This document shows, one piece after another, positions 18,820 through 28,473 of a DNA stretch of 64,000 nucleotides. The notes under the pieces were generated by a model. It was not told the origin of the DNA, did no database searches, and was given only the letters and a program-made list of their open reading frames with translations. The stretch comes from an archaeon (GTDB taxonomy: Archaea > Nanobdellota > Nanobdellia > Pacearchaeales > GW2011-AR1): positions 1,507 through 65,506 of the forward strand of contig JBDRJD010000034.1 of assembly GCA_043815245.1 (NCBI GenBank), in the 5' to 3' direction. The number at the start of each line of letters is the position of its first letter. Positions within the stretch are counted from its first letter, which is position 1. A program made the translations under genes and the position numbers.

Positions 18820-19806
18820 ATGAAAGTTGCAATTAATGGTTTAGGTAGAATTGGCAGGCTTGTTTTAAAAGTAGGTCTTGAAAAAGGGCTAAATATTGTT
18901 GCAGTAAATGATTTAGTCGATACAAAGACTTTGGCTTATTTAATTCATTATGATTCTGTTTATGGAAATTATCATGGGAAGGTGGAGTATGGTGAGAACT
19001 TTTTGAAGATTAATGGAAAGAAGATTCGTGTTTTTGCTGAAAAAGATCCTATTGACCTGCCCTGGCATGAGTTGGGAGTTGAATTGGTTTTAGAGTGCAC
19101 AGGAAAGTTTACTGAAAGAATTGGAGCTAGCAAACATCTGAAGTCTGGAGCTAAGAGAGTTTTAGTTTCTGCACCTTGTAAGGGAGATAATGCGGATGTA
19201 ACTATTGTTTTAGGAGTTAATGAAGAAAAGCTAAAAAAAGAGCATAAGATAATTTCAATGGGAAGCTGCACCACAAATTGTTTGGCCCCTGTTGTAAAGG
19301 TTTTAAATGATAAATTTGGAATCAAAAAGGGTTTTATGAACACGGTTCATGCTTATACTATCTCGCAGGGGATAGTGGACAGACCTGATAAGAAATTAAG
19401 AAGGGGTAGAGCTGCTGCAATTAATATTGTTCCGACTACCTCTGGAGCTACAACTGCTGTAAGTCAAGTTATTCCTGCGATGGAAGGAAAGCTGGATGGG
19501 TTGGCCTTGAGAGTTCCTCTTGCTAGCGGAAGTATTGTTGATTTTACTGCTGAATTAAATAAGGCTGTGACAAGTGAGAAAATAAATGCGGCATTTAAGG
19601 AAGCCGCAACGAAAAAGATGAAGGGGCTTTTGAGGTACTCTGAAGATGAGCTGGTATCCTCGGATATTATCGGAGATCAGCATATATCTATTTTTAGTGC
19701 TGTAGACACACAGGTGATAGGTAATATGGTGAAGGTGTTGGCTTGGTATGATAATGAGTACGGATATAGCGCAAAGTTTGTTGAGTTGGCTAAGAGGTTG
19801 AGATGA
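18820..19806 (+). CDS. gap: Glyceraldehyde-3-phosphate dehydrogenase, type I (bacterial/eukaryotic type)
   Basis: INGLGRIGR N-terminus, active site SCTTNCLAP, C-terminal WYDNEYGYS. Confidence 0.92.
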   Translation: MKVAINGLGRIGRLVLKVGLEKGLNIVAVNDLVDTKTLAYLIHYDSVYGNYHGKVEYGENFLKINGKKIRVFAEKDPIDLPWHELGVELVLECTGKFTERIGASKHLKSGAKRVLVSAPCKGDNADVTIVLGVNEEKLKKEHKIISMGSCTTNCLAPVVKVLNDKFGIKKGFMNTVHAYTISQGIVDRPDKKLRRGRAAAINIVPTTSGATTAVSQVIPAMEGKLDGLALRVPLASGSIVDFTAELNKAVTSEKINAAFKEAATKKMKGLLRYSEDELVSSDIIGDQHISIFSAVDTQVIGNMVKVLAWYDNEYGYSAKFVELAKRLR

Positions 19807-20369
19807 GGTTGAAGGATTTTCTTAGACCGAGTGTTGGAAAGTTAATATTACCTGTGATAATTATTGTTTTTTTGCTTGTTCTTTTTTTTATGAGTAAGAG
19901 TGTAATTCCTTTTCTTGGAGAGGTTAGTTGTATGATGGTTGATTTTAATGAACAGTCTATTTTGTTGGGGGGGCAGAATAATACTGGACTATTAGACCAG
20001 AAGGCATTAGAGTTCTCTGAAACAATAGAAGAAAGAAGAAGTGAAATCGGCGAAATTAAACTTGCCTTTGTTTTATTTTCAAATCAAATTATTGGCCGTG
20101 TCGATCCCTTGTATCCTGTTCCTTGCTCTATTTTAAGTAGTGGTTTTTGCGGTTTTTACATTTCTCAAGAGGGATATAATTGTCTTCTGACTCTTTTTTC
20201 AGATGTGAAAAGTATGGACTCGCTTTTTTCTTTAGGTGAAATTAAAGATTATAGGTCTGTTAGTTACTTAGCTTTAGTTATGAATTTACTACTGATTTTT
20301 ATTATCTTTTATTTAATTTCTTGTTTAGTGGCATTTATTTATAATGAAATGAGGAAGAAGAATGTATGA
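19803..20369 (+). CDS. Hypothetical membrane protein
   Basis: TM helices at both the N- and C-terminus. ATGA overlap with gap, and overlaps trxB. Confidence 0.45.
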   Translation: MRLKDFLRPSVGKLILPVIIIVFLLVLFFMSKSVIPFLGEVSCMMVDFNEQSILLGGQNNTGLLDQKALEFSETIEERRSEIGEIKLAFVLFSNQIIGRVDPLYPVPCSILSSGFCGFYISQEGYNCLLTLFSDVKSMDSLFSLGEIKDYRSVSYLALVMNLLLIFIIFYLISCLVAFIYNEMRKKNV

Positions 20370-21282
20370 CTTAATTATAGTTGGGGCAGGACCAGCCGGG
20401 ATGACTGCGGCGATTTACGCAGCGAGACGGAAGATTGATTTCTTAATAATTGGGCTTGAAGTGGGTGGACAAATGGCTTGGAGTTCTGATGTTGAAAACT
20501 ATCCTGGACTGCATTTTATGTCGGGTTTAGAAATGACTCAGAGATTCCAGCATCATCTGAATGATTATAAGGTTAAAATCAATCAAGAAGAGGTTGTAGG
20601 AGTAAAAAAGAAGGGTAAAGTTGTTTTTGTGATCACAAAGAAAAATACGTATGGATGTAAGGCGGTGATTGTTGCGTGTGGGAAGTCTCCTAAAAAGTTA
20701 AATGTTCCAGGAGAAGATAAATATCTTGGGAAAGGAGTTAACTACTGTGCTGTTTGTGATGCCCCTTTGTTTAAGAATAAAACTGTGGCAGTAGTTGGGG
20801 GCGGGAATAGTGGTCTGGACTCAGCAGATTTTTTGGCCAAGTATGCTAATAAAGTTTATATTATCAATTTGGCAAAAAAATTAACTGGGGAGCCCTACTT
20901 GAGGGGAAAAGTAGAGAGTAATAAAAAGATTGTAGTTATTAATAATGCTGAGCCTACTGAGATTTTAGGAGATAAGTTTGTTTCAGGGATTAAGTTCACA
21001 AAAGAAGGGAGAGAGCAAACTCTGAAGCTTGACAGCATTTTTGTTGAAGTGGGACTGGTGACTAAAACAGATTTTTTAAAGGAAGTTAAAAAAAACAGAT
21101 GGGGTGAGATTATGATTTTTCGTAGCACTAAAACACATGAAGAGAATATGACTAGCGTGAAAGGAATTTTTGCTGCAGGGGATGTGACTGATATTCCTAG
21201 TAAGCAGATTGCAGCTGCTGTGGGGGAGGGGTGCAAGGCGGCGATGGCTGCTTTTGATTATATTGACAGGTGGAAAAAATGA
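20362..21282 (+). CDS. trxB: Thioredoxin-disulfide reductase family flavoprotein (low-Mr TrxR)
   Basis: FAD motif GAGPAGMTAA, redox CAVC (NYCAVCDAP), second dinucleotide motif VVGGGNSGLDSA, C-terminal FAAGDV. Confidence 0.85.
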   Translation: MYDLIIVGAGPAGMTAAIYAARRKIDFLIIGLEVGGQMAWSSDVENYPGLHFMSGLEMTQRFQHHLNDYKVKINQEEVVGVKKKGKVVFVITKKNTYGCKAVIVACGKSPKKLNVPGEDKYLGKGVNYCAVCDAPLFKNKTVAVVGGGNSGLDSADFLAKYANKVYIINLAKKLTGEPYLRGKVESNKKIVVINNAEPTEILGDKFVSGIKFTKEGREQTLKLDSIFVEVGLVTKTDFLKEVKKNRWGEIMIFRSTKTHEENMTSVKGIFAAGDVTDIPSKQIAAAVGEGCKAAMAAFDYIDRWKK

Positions 21283-22118
21283 AATTTAATTTTATAACTA
21301 AAACATTAATAGTATCTGTGGTATTTACAATTTTATTATACTTGTTCCCTGAGAGCCTGTTTATTAATAATGTTTCTGATTTGTTCACAGCCGTGGCGTT
21401 ACTTTTTGGAATTATTTCCGGTTTTTTTATTGCTGCGACTTTGAATAATTACTTTAGGTTACAATCTTTAGTTGCAGATGAGACTGCAGGACTTATTTCA
21501 ATTTATAAGCTCGTAATGTTACTTTCACCTAAATTAAAAAAACAGATAAATAGGGCAATAGATAACTATCTAATTGATTCATTCGATCATGAATTTGAGG
21601 TTTATGTAGACAAAACTTGGGATGAGTTTGATGAAATATGCAATGTTGTTAGTAAAGTAAAAAAAAGGGAAACAGATGTTTATTCCCAGTTGATAAATAC
21701 TCAGAACAATTTGATTAGGATTAGGCAGGAGATGACTTTGACTGGAAGAAGAATAATCGGATTAAGCCACTGGATTACTTTAGTTGTCCTGGCTGTGACT
21801 ACTATTTTCCTACTTTTTGTAATGAATGAGCCAACTTTAGAGTCTTCAATTTTTACTGTTTTATTATCCTCCACTACTTGTCTTGTTCTTTTTTTACTTT
21901 ATGAAATAGATAGTAATTACTTTGCAGAGGAACAGATTGCATTTTCAGTTTATAGAAATGCATTTCGTGAACTTGGTAATATCCCTTATTACTCTGAACT
22001 TGATATTAAGAAGAGAAGAATTAAACTCCCAAAAAAAGGAGTTTATAGGTTAGGGGAGTATGTTAATTATCCTAAATCCCTTGAGAAAAAAATAAAGTTG
22101 ATAAATAAAAATGGTTAA
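21279..22118 (+). CDS. Membrane protein, paralog of 22359..23195 (possibly DUF4239-like)
   Basis: ATG at 21279 forms an ATGA overlap with the trxB stop. Shares a block with its paralog: LLFGIISGFFIAATLNNYFRLQSLVADETAGLISIYKL versus FLFAIIAGFFISRLGNRYNSIRELIADQDALFLSLYKL. Confidence 0.5.
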   Translation: MKFNFITKTLIVSVVFTILLYLFPESLFINNVSDLFTAVALLFGIISGFFIAATLNNYFRLQSLVADETAGLISIYKLVMLLSPKLKKQINRAIDNYLIDSFDHEFEVYVDKTWDEFDEICNVVSKVKKRETDVYSQLINTQNNLIRIRQEMTLTGRRIIGLSHWITLVVLAVTTIFLLFVMNEPTLESSIFTVLLSSTTCLVLFLLYEIDSNYFAEEQIAFSVYRNAFRELGNIPYYSELDIKKRRIKLPKKGVYRLGEYVNYPKSLEKKIKLINKNG

Positions 22119-22359
22119 AATAACTGTAGGTCAGATAATTAAGACATCCTTAGTTACAGCTTTTACTATAGCTACTGCTTTGATTTGGAAAGATGTAATT
22201 TTGAATGCCGTCCAGGTGTTTTTTCCTCATGATATTTTACTTTATGAGTTTTTAGCGGCTGTGGTAGCTACTATCTTAATAGTTATTTTAATTTATATTA
22301 TTCTAGAAACAGAAGAAGGAGTAGAGGTGGCTTGGAGGAAGCTGCATAAGAAGAAATAA
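22111..22359 (+). CDS. Small 2-TM membrane protein (possibly DUF5654-like)
   Basis: 82 aa between the two paralogs, overlapping both neighbours. Confidence 0.45.
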   Translation: MVKITVGQIIKTSLVTAFTIATALIWKDVILNAVQVFFPHDILLYEFLAAVVATILIVILIYIILETEEGVEVAWRKLHKKK

Positions 22360-23195
22360 TGAAATATTTACATGCCATTCAGGGAGCATTTATTGCTTTG
22401 ATTATTTTCATAGTGGCGGTTATTTATATTCCTGGAGCCGGACCTAGTAATGAGGTAGAAATCATATTGACAATAAGCACTTTTTTATTTGCAATTATAG
22501 CTGGCTTTTTTATTTCTAGACTTGGAAATAGGTATAATAGCATAAGAGAACTAATTGCGGACCAAGACGCTTTATTTTTATCATTGTATAAATTATCCCA
22601 GTTGTATGGTGCAGAATTTTCAAAAAAAATTGCCAAACATATTGATAACTTCTATATTGTGGCCTATGATTTTATTATTGGTGCAGTGTACAAAGAGAAT
22701 TTAGGTTACTTTATGGAGTTATGGGACGAATTTATTAATAATTTTAAGAAAAAGAAAGATATTAGGGAGACTGAATATGTTTTTGAAGTTTTAGATAATA
22801 TTGAAAAAACGAGGAATAAAACTACTGCTTTATATTATGAAACATTAAGCTATGGTCAGTGGGCAATATTAATTATACTAAGCGGAATTATTTTATTTAG
22901 TATTTTTTATTTGAAGACAGAAGCTTTATATTCCCAAATTATAACTGTTTTGCTTTCAACTGCTTTAGTCTTAGTTTTACTTATTATTAGAGACTTGCAG
23001 AATTTTATGCTAGGTGGAAGTGTTTTACTTGAAGAATCTGGTCAGGAAGTCTTAGAATTGATTGGAAAGAAGAGGTATTATAATAATAAGTGGTTGAAGA
23101 AGGGGATTAATAAGGTGCCTAAAAATGTAAAGGTCTATAGGGTTGGTATGCATAATCCTGGTAAGAAGTTTAATATTAAGGTGGTGCGAAGATGA
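22359..23195 (+). CDS. Membrane protein, paralog of 21279..22118
   Basis: Same architecture and shared sequence blocks as the upstream paralog. Confidence 0.5.
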   Translation: MKYLHAIQGAFIALIIFIVAVIYIPGAGPSNEVEIILTISTFLFAIIAGFFISRLGNRYNSIRELIADQDALFLSLYKLSQLYGAEFSKKIAKHIDNFYIVAYDFIIGAVYKENLGYFMELWDEFINNFKKKKDIRETEYVFEVLDNIEKTRNKTTALYYETLSYGQWAILIILSGIILFSIFYLKTEALYSQIITVLLSTALVLVLLIIRDLQNFMLGGSVLLEESGQEVLELIGKKRYYNNKWLKKGINKVPKNVKVYRVGMHNPGKKFNIKVVRR

Positions 23196-24341
23196 GAAAG
23201 CTGAAAACTTTATCTGATTTTAATTTTAAGGGCATGAAAGTTTTAGTTAGAGCTGACTTAAATTCAAATGTAGTGAACGGTAAGGTGCAGTTATCTGAAA
23301 GAATAAAGTATTCTTCTATCACAATTAAAGAACTGAAAAGGAAGAAAGCTAAGGTAGTAGTAATTGCACATCAGAGTAGGCCTGGAAAGAAAGACTTTAT
23401 TTCCTTAAGACAGCATGCAAAATTATTGAACAAGTTCACTAAGATTACTTTTGTAGAGGATATCACTTTAATGAAGGCTCGGATGGCTATAAGAGGCATG
23501 CAGGAGGGGGGAGGCTTTGCTTTTGGAAAATATTAGAATGGAAAAAGATGAATTCAGACCTGAAAAAGGCAAGGAAAATCGTTTAATTAGAAAATTAGCT
23601 CCTTTGTTTGATTTTTATGTTGATGATGCGTTTTCTAATTGTCATAGGAAGCATGCTTCAATGGTGTTATTCCCGAGATTTCTTCCTAGCTGTGCTGGAA
23701 GACTGTTAGAACACGAAGTTAAAGCGCTGAATAAAATCAAGCTTAGAAATACCCTCTATATTTTAGGAGGGGCTAAGCCAGAAGATGATATTAAACTTTT
23801 AAAGGGAAATAAAGTTTTAGCCTGTGGACTGTTTGGCCAGGCTTGCTTAATTGCACAAGGAAAAAATTTAGGTGCGCAGAATAAGTATCTACGAGAAGAA
23901 AAGGTAATTGATGGAGAGATTCTTAAAAAACTAAGAACAAGGATGAAGAAGGTTAAAACTCCCATTGATTTTGCCATTAAAGTTAATGGTAAGAGAAAGG
24001 AGATGGATTTAGAACACTTTCCGAGTATGTACGAGATTTTTGATATTGGAAATGAAACAATCGGGGCCTTTACGGCTGAAATACGGAAAGCTAAGAGCAT
24101 CTATATGAAAGGGCCTGCAGGATTTTCAAGTGATCGGAAATTTTCCAAGGGGACCAGGAAGATATTAAGGGCGGTTGCTAAAAATAAGGGATTTTCTGTA
24201 ATTGGTGGAGGGCATTTAAGTGATTCTATTGTTAAGTACCGGATTAATAAAAATAAGTTTAATCATATTAGTTTATCTGGAGGGGCGCTTCTTCGGTATA
24301 TTGCGGGAGAAAAGCTTCCCGGGATAGAGGCTTTAAAATAA
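23192..24341 (+). CDS. pgk: Phosphoglycerate kinase, read as two ORFs (23192..23536 and 23517..24341) because of a frameshift in a G6 run
   Basis: The N-terminal ORF has VLVRADLN and IAHQSRPG. The second has LLENIRMEKDE and DDAFSNCHRKHASM. Deleting one G from 23506-23511 gives ..MQEGEALLLENIRM.., the conserved GE-LLLEN-RF block. Confidence 0.85.
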
Positions 24342-24395
24342 TAATTCTAAGGCGTTATAGATTAGTTTTAAATAAGGGTGTTGCTTAAAATTATT

Positions 24396-24572
24396 ATGAA
24401 AAGAGGCAATCAAGTATTTTGGATATTTGGCATATTGCAAGCTTTGACCTTAGCTTCGATAATTTGGTTTTTGCTTGAAGTCAGCAATATTGGAACCGAT
24501 ACTAGATTAATTTTGAGTACCTTGTTCCCATTGTTTTTGCTTATTGTCGAATATCTGATTTATAAGAAGTGA
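24396..24572 (+). CDS. Small 2-TM membrane protein
   Basis: ATG at 24396 (ORF track GTG at 24378). Hydrophobic 58-64 aa peptide. Confidence 0.35.
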   Translation: MKRGNQVFWIFGILQALTLASIIWFLLEVSNIGTDTRLILSTLFPLFLLIVEYLIYKK

Positions 24573-25483
24573 AAATGAGGTTTGATATTGTTACTTTTGG
24601 AAGTGCAGTAGTTGATGTATTTGTAGATACAGATGTGGCTGAGAAAAAAGGAATGATTAGTTATCCGGTAGGTGCTAAAATTCTTTTGAAAAATCTAAGG
24701 TATGACATTGGTGGAGGCGGGACTAATACTGCTGTGGCTTTTTCTAGACTGGGTTTGAAGACAGGCTGCATATCTAAAATTGGAGAGGATAATGATGGAG
24801 AAGAGATTTTAAGTTTGTTGAAGAGAGAGAAAATTAAATTTTTGGGTAAGGTGGAAAAACAGAGGGTTTCGGGATACTCGATTATTTTAGATTCTAAAGG
24901 GGGCGAAAGGACTATCTTAACTTATAAGGGTATAAATGATGAAATAGAATTTTCCGAGATTAAAAAGCTTAGAACAAAATGGCTGTATTTAACTTCTTTG
25001 TTAGGGGTAAGCTTTCAAAGTCAGAAGAAACTGGCTGCAACTTTGAAATTAAAAGGTGCTAAAATTGCTTATAATCCTAGTGATTACTTGATTAGAAAGT
25101 ATGGGCAAAAGAAACTCGCTTCCTTACTAAGGCTTTGTGACGTCGTTGTGATGAATAAGGAGGAAGCGCGACTATTAACAAAAAATAAAGACTTGTTATT
25201 AGGTTTGCATGATTTGATTTTTAAAAGTGGAATTGTGGTGATCACAGACAAAAACCAGTCAATTCAGGCTTATGATGGTAAGAAGAAATACTCTTTGAAA
25301 CCACATAAAATTAAAGTTATAGAGAGGACTGGGGCCGGAGATGCTTTTGCTTCTGGTTTTGTAGCTGGATTAGTAGTGGGTTTTAATGTGGAAAGAAGTT
25401 TGAAGCTTGGCTTAAAGGAATCTGAATCTGTTATTAGGTATTTTGGAGCTAAGAATAAACTGCTGAGGATGAGGCTGAAATGA
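24569..25483 (+). CDS. PfkB-family carbohydrate kinase (candidate ATP-dependent 6-phosphofructokinase)
   Basis: DIGGGGTN di-Gly region and TGAGDAFASGF anion-hole motif. The PFK role is inferred from context next to aldolase and TPI. Confidence 0.7.
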   Translation: MKMRFDIVTFGSAVVDVFVDTDVAEKKGMISYPVGAKILLKNLRYDIGGGGTNTAVAFSRLGLKTGCISKIGEDNDGEEILSLLKREKIKFLGKVEKQRVSGYSIILDSKGGERTILTYKGINDEIEFSEIKKLRTKWLYLTSLLGVSFQSQKKLAATLKLKGAKIAYNPSDYLIRKYGQKKLASLLRLCDVVVMNKEEARLLTKNKDLLLGLHDLIFKSGIVVITDKNQSIQAYDGKKKYSLKPHKIKVIERTGAGDAFASGFVAGLVVGFNVERSLKLGLKESESVIRYFGAKNKLLRMRLK

Positions 25484-26019
25484 GGAGAATAAATGTGGTG
25501 TTAATTTATGGGCCTCCTGCTGCGGGAAAGTTGACCGTGGCCAGGGAGCTTGCTAAAATTTCAAATTTTAAAGTTTTTCATAATCATTTAGCTAATGATA
25601 TAATTGATGAATTTTTAGAATTTGACAAGGGCAATTATTGGGATTATCCTAAGAAGATAAAATATGTGGTTTTTGAGTTAGCTGTAAGGGAGAAAATCAA
25701 TATCATAGTCACTTCTTGTTATGCAAAAGGCGAAGATGATATACATGTAAAACAATTTATTAAATTTTTTCAGAAACATAAAGCTAAAGTATATTTTGTG
25801 CAGCTATCTTGTGATAAAGATGTTTTGTTTAAAAGAGTGAAGCGTGATTCCAGAAAAGAGTTTAATAAAGCTCGCCATATTAGCAAGGTAAAAAAATCAA
25901 TGAAAATATGGGATCTATGCTCACCTATTCCCTTTGTTGATAGTTTTGTTATTGATAATACTAAATTATCTGCGAGAAAAGCGGCTGAAATGATAAAGAG
26001 GCATTACCAATTAAAATGA
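25480..26019 (+). CDS. P-loop kinase-like protein (AAA_33 / shikimate-kinase-like fold), substrate unknown
   Basis: Walker A YGPPAAGKLTVA at the N-terminus; 179 aa. Confidence 0.5.
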   Translation: MRRINVVLIYGPPAAGKLTVARELAKISNFKVFHNHLANDIIDEFLEFDKGNYWDYPKKIKYVVFELAVREKINIIVTSCYAKGEDDIHVKQFIKFFQKHKAKVYFVQLSCDKDVLFKRVKRDSRKEFNKARHISKVKKSMKIWDLCSPIPFVDSFVIDNTKLSARKAAEMIKRHYQLK

Positions 26020-26762
26020 AACTAAACAAAATTACTACCAAAGGAAAAGCTTTATTTTTAGCTTATGACCAGGGATTAGAGCATGGGCCAGTAGACTTTA
26101 ATGATAAAAATGTGGACCCTCTTTATATTCTGGAAATTGCAAAAAAAGGAAAATTTAATGCTATTATTTTTCAAAAGGGAATTGCGGAAAAGTATTATAA
26201 AGAGATAAAAAAATCAAAAGTTCCTTTGATTTTAAAGTTAAATGGAAAAACTAATCTTGTAAGGGGAGAGCCTATTTCTGCGCAAATTTCGACTGTTGAA
26301 GAAGCGGTTAAGCTTGGAGCAGCGGCTGTTGGGTTTACAGTTTATATTGGAAGTAAGCATGAAGAAGAAATGCTTGAGGAGTTTGCAAAAATAGAAAAAG
26401 AAGCGCATAAAAAGGGTTTTCCTGTAATTGCTTGGATTTATCCAAGGGGTGAGGGAATTAAGGGGAGGAAAAGCGGGGAGTTAATGGCATATGCCTGCAG
26501 AGTTGGACTTGAAATTGGAGCAGATATAATCAAAGTACAGTATAATGGGAACAAGGAGCAATTAAAATGGGCGGTAAAAAGTGCTGGAAGAGCGAAAGTG
26601 CTTATTGCTGGCGGTATTAAAAAAGGTAATGAGCAATTAATAAAACAAGCAGAAGAAATTATGAAAGCAGGAGCTTCTGGCATGGCAATTGGGAGGAATG
26701 TTTGGCAAGATAAAGAACCTTTAAAAGTTGCAGGGGAACTGAGAAAAATAATCTTAAAATGA
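26016..26762 (+). CDS. Class IA (DhnA/FbaB-type) fructose-bisphosphate aldolase
   Basis: LAYDQGLEHGP, GADIIKVQY (Schiff-base Lys region) and GMAIGRNVWQ are typical of the archaeal class I aldolase/ADH-synthase family. Glycolytic neighbours favour aldolase. Confidence 0.7.
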   Translation: MKLNKITTKGKALFLAYDQGLEHGPVDFNDKNVDPLYILEIAKKGKFNAIIFQKGIAEKYYKEIKKSKVPLILKLNGKTNLVRGEPISAQISTVEEAVKLGAAAVGFTVYIGSKHEEEMLEEFAKIEKEAHKKGFPVIAWIYPRGEGIKGRKSGELMAYACRVGLEIGADIIKVQYNGNKEQLKWAVKSAGRAKVLIAGGIKKGNEQLIKQAEEIMKAGASGMAIGRNVWQDKEPLKVAGELRKIILK

Positions 26763-27067
26763 AACAAAAAGCGAGTTTTGGCCCTAGTATTGGTAAGATG
26801 GCGGTGAGTGTAGTTATAACTGCTGCTTGGATATTTTTGCATATGTTATTGGCTTCTAGATTGGGCTGTAAACTTTGCGATCCGGATTCACTTATAGGCT
26901 GTTCTAATTATTCAAAGTATTTGTTAATTGAGATTTGTAGTTGCGAGTGTATTGCTCTTGGAACGGTGGTTTTACAGTATCTTCAGAATCTTGTATTACC
27001 TTTTTTAGTTGTCTACCTGACAATATCTTTTGTAACCTGGCTGCTCCCTAGTCATAATCACTACTAA
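26759..27067 (+). CDS. Hypothetical Cys-rich membrane protein
   Basis: 102 aa with two hydrophobic segments flanking a Cys-rich loop. No family recognised. Confidence 0.35.
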   Translation: MKQKASFGPSIGKMAVSVVITAAWIFLHMLLASRLGCKLCDPDSLIGCSNYSKYLLIEICSCECIALGTVVLQYLQNLVLPFLVVYLTISFVTWLLPSHNHY

Positions 27068-27075
27068 AACAAAAA

Positions 27076-27705
27076 ATGAAACCCATTGTTGTAATAAACC
27101 TGAAAACTTATAGACAAGGAAAAAGAGCTATTGAGCTAGCCAGGATTATTGAGAAAATTGATAAGAATATTCTTGTAGGTGTACAAGCTTCAGACATTTA
27201 TGAGATTAAGAGAAAGACTAAACTTCGGGTGTATGCCCAACATATTGATTATTATTCTCCTGGGAGACATACAGGTTATATTCTTGCTGAAGCTGTAAAG
27301 GTTGATGGGGCAAAAGGTACTTTTTTAAATCATTCTGAACATAAAGTTAGTTTTAGAGTTTTAAAGAGGACGATGAGAAGATGTAAGGAGGTGGGGCTTA
27401 AAACTGTGGTTTTTGCTTCTTCTTTAAGGGAAGCAAGGCGTATTCAGAGGTTAAAACCAGACTATCTTGTAATAGAGCCTCTAGAGTTAGTGGGGGGAAA
27501 GAGGTCTGTTTCCAAATCTAAGCCAGAGTTAATTGAAAAAATAGCAAAAAAGATAAAAGTTAAATTTCTCGTTGGGGCGGGAATTCATGATAAGGAAGAT
27601 TTAAGAATTGCTATGAAACTTGGGGCTTCAGGAATTGCGGTTAGTTCTGCAATTACTAAGGCTAAGAATCCTGGGGTAAAGTTAAGAGAAATTATAAGAT
27701 TATAG
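27076..27705 (+). CDS. tpiA: Triosephosphate isomerase, short archaeal type
   Basis: 209 aa. VINLKTY start, catalytic region GTFLNHSEH, IEPLELVG, VGAGI. Confidence 0.85.
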   Translation: MKPIVVINLKTYRQGKRAIELARIIEKIDKNILVGVQASDIYEIKRKTKLRVYAQHIDYYSPGRHTGYILAEAVKVDGAKGTFLNHSEHKVSFRVLKRTMRRCKEVGLKTVVFASSLREARRIQRLKPDYLVIEPLELVGGKRSVSKSKPELIEKIAKKIKVKFLVGAGIHDKEDLRIAMKLGASGIAVSSAITKAKNPGVKLREIIRL

Positions 27706-28473
27706 GGTGCAAGTCCAACCACCGTCTATTACTAAACACTGGCCAGTAATGTAAGAAGCTGCGTCTGATGCAAGAAAAGCCGTTCCTGTTGCTATATCTT
27801 CTGGCTTGCCAGTTCTTTTTAACGGAATCTTAGCGAGCATTCCACTTTTCTGATTTTTATCTGCAAGAATATCTTTGGTCATAGCTGTTTCAATTACTCC
27901 TGGGCAGATTGCGTTTACTCTTATTCCTCTAGCCCCGTATTCAGAAGCTAGGGATTTAGTGAGCATGACTATTCCACCTTTGCTCGCGCAATAAGCTGCT
28001 GCCATTGGGTATCCAAATAATCCTGCCACCGAGGCTACATTAACTATTGCCCCTTGCTTTTTCTTTAGCATGTGTTTTAAAGCGGCCTGACTGCATTCAA
28101 AATATCCTCTTAAATTAATATTAATTGTTCTTTCCCAAGATTCTTCTGATAGGCTTTCTGTAGGGCTTGGCTGGAATATTCCTGCGTTGTTTACAAGAAT
28201 ATCAATTTTTTTAAATTCTTTAAGTGTTTGATTAATCAGGTTTTCAATGTCAGATTTTTTTGACATATCTGCTTTTACATATACTGATTTTCTTTTTAAC
28301 TTTTGAATTTGTTTTACAGTAGAGTTTCCTGGCAGAATATCAGAAACAACCACATCTGCCCCGTTTTTTGCAAGTTCTATTGCAATTCCAGCTCCGATAC
28401 CTCTTGCTGCACCTGTCACAATTGCAACTTTTCCTTCAACATTTAGTGAATTGTAAGATTTTGAGCCGAACAT
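27700..28473 (-). CDS. Short-chain dehydrogenase/reductase (FabG / glucose-1-dehydrogenase-like)
   Basis: TGAARGIGAGIA cofactor motif, NNAG, catalytic YCASKGG. Confidence 0.85.
   Translation of the reverse strand: MFGSKSYNSLNVEGKVAIVTGAARGIGAGIAIELAKNGADVVVSDILPGNSTVKQIQKLKRKSVYVKADMSKKSDIENLINQTLKEFKKIDILVNNAGIFQPSPTESLSEESWERTININLRGYFECSQAALKHMLKKKQGAIVNVASVAGLFGYPMAAAYCASKGGIVMLTKSLASEYGARGIRVNAICPGVIETAMTKDILADKNQKSGMLAKIPLKRTGKPEDIATGTAFLASDAASYITGQCLVIDGGWTCTL

Noticed and set aside
26438-26842. 134-aa minus-strand ORF across the aldolase 3-prime end.
   Set aside because: Antisense to a gene with a clear DhnA-type signature. Low-complexity S/P/F/L composition.
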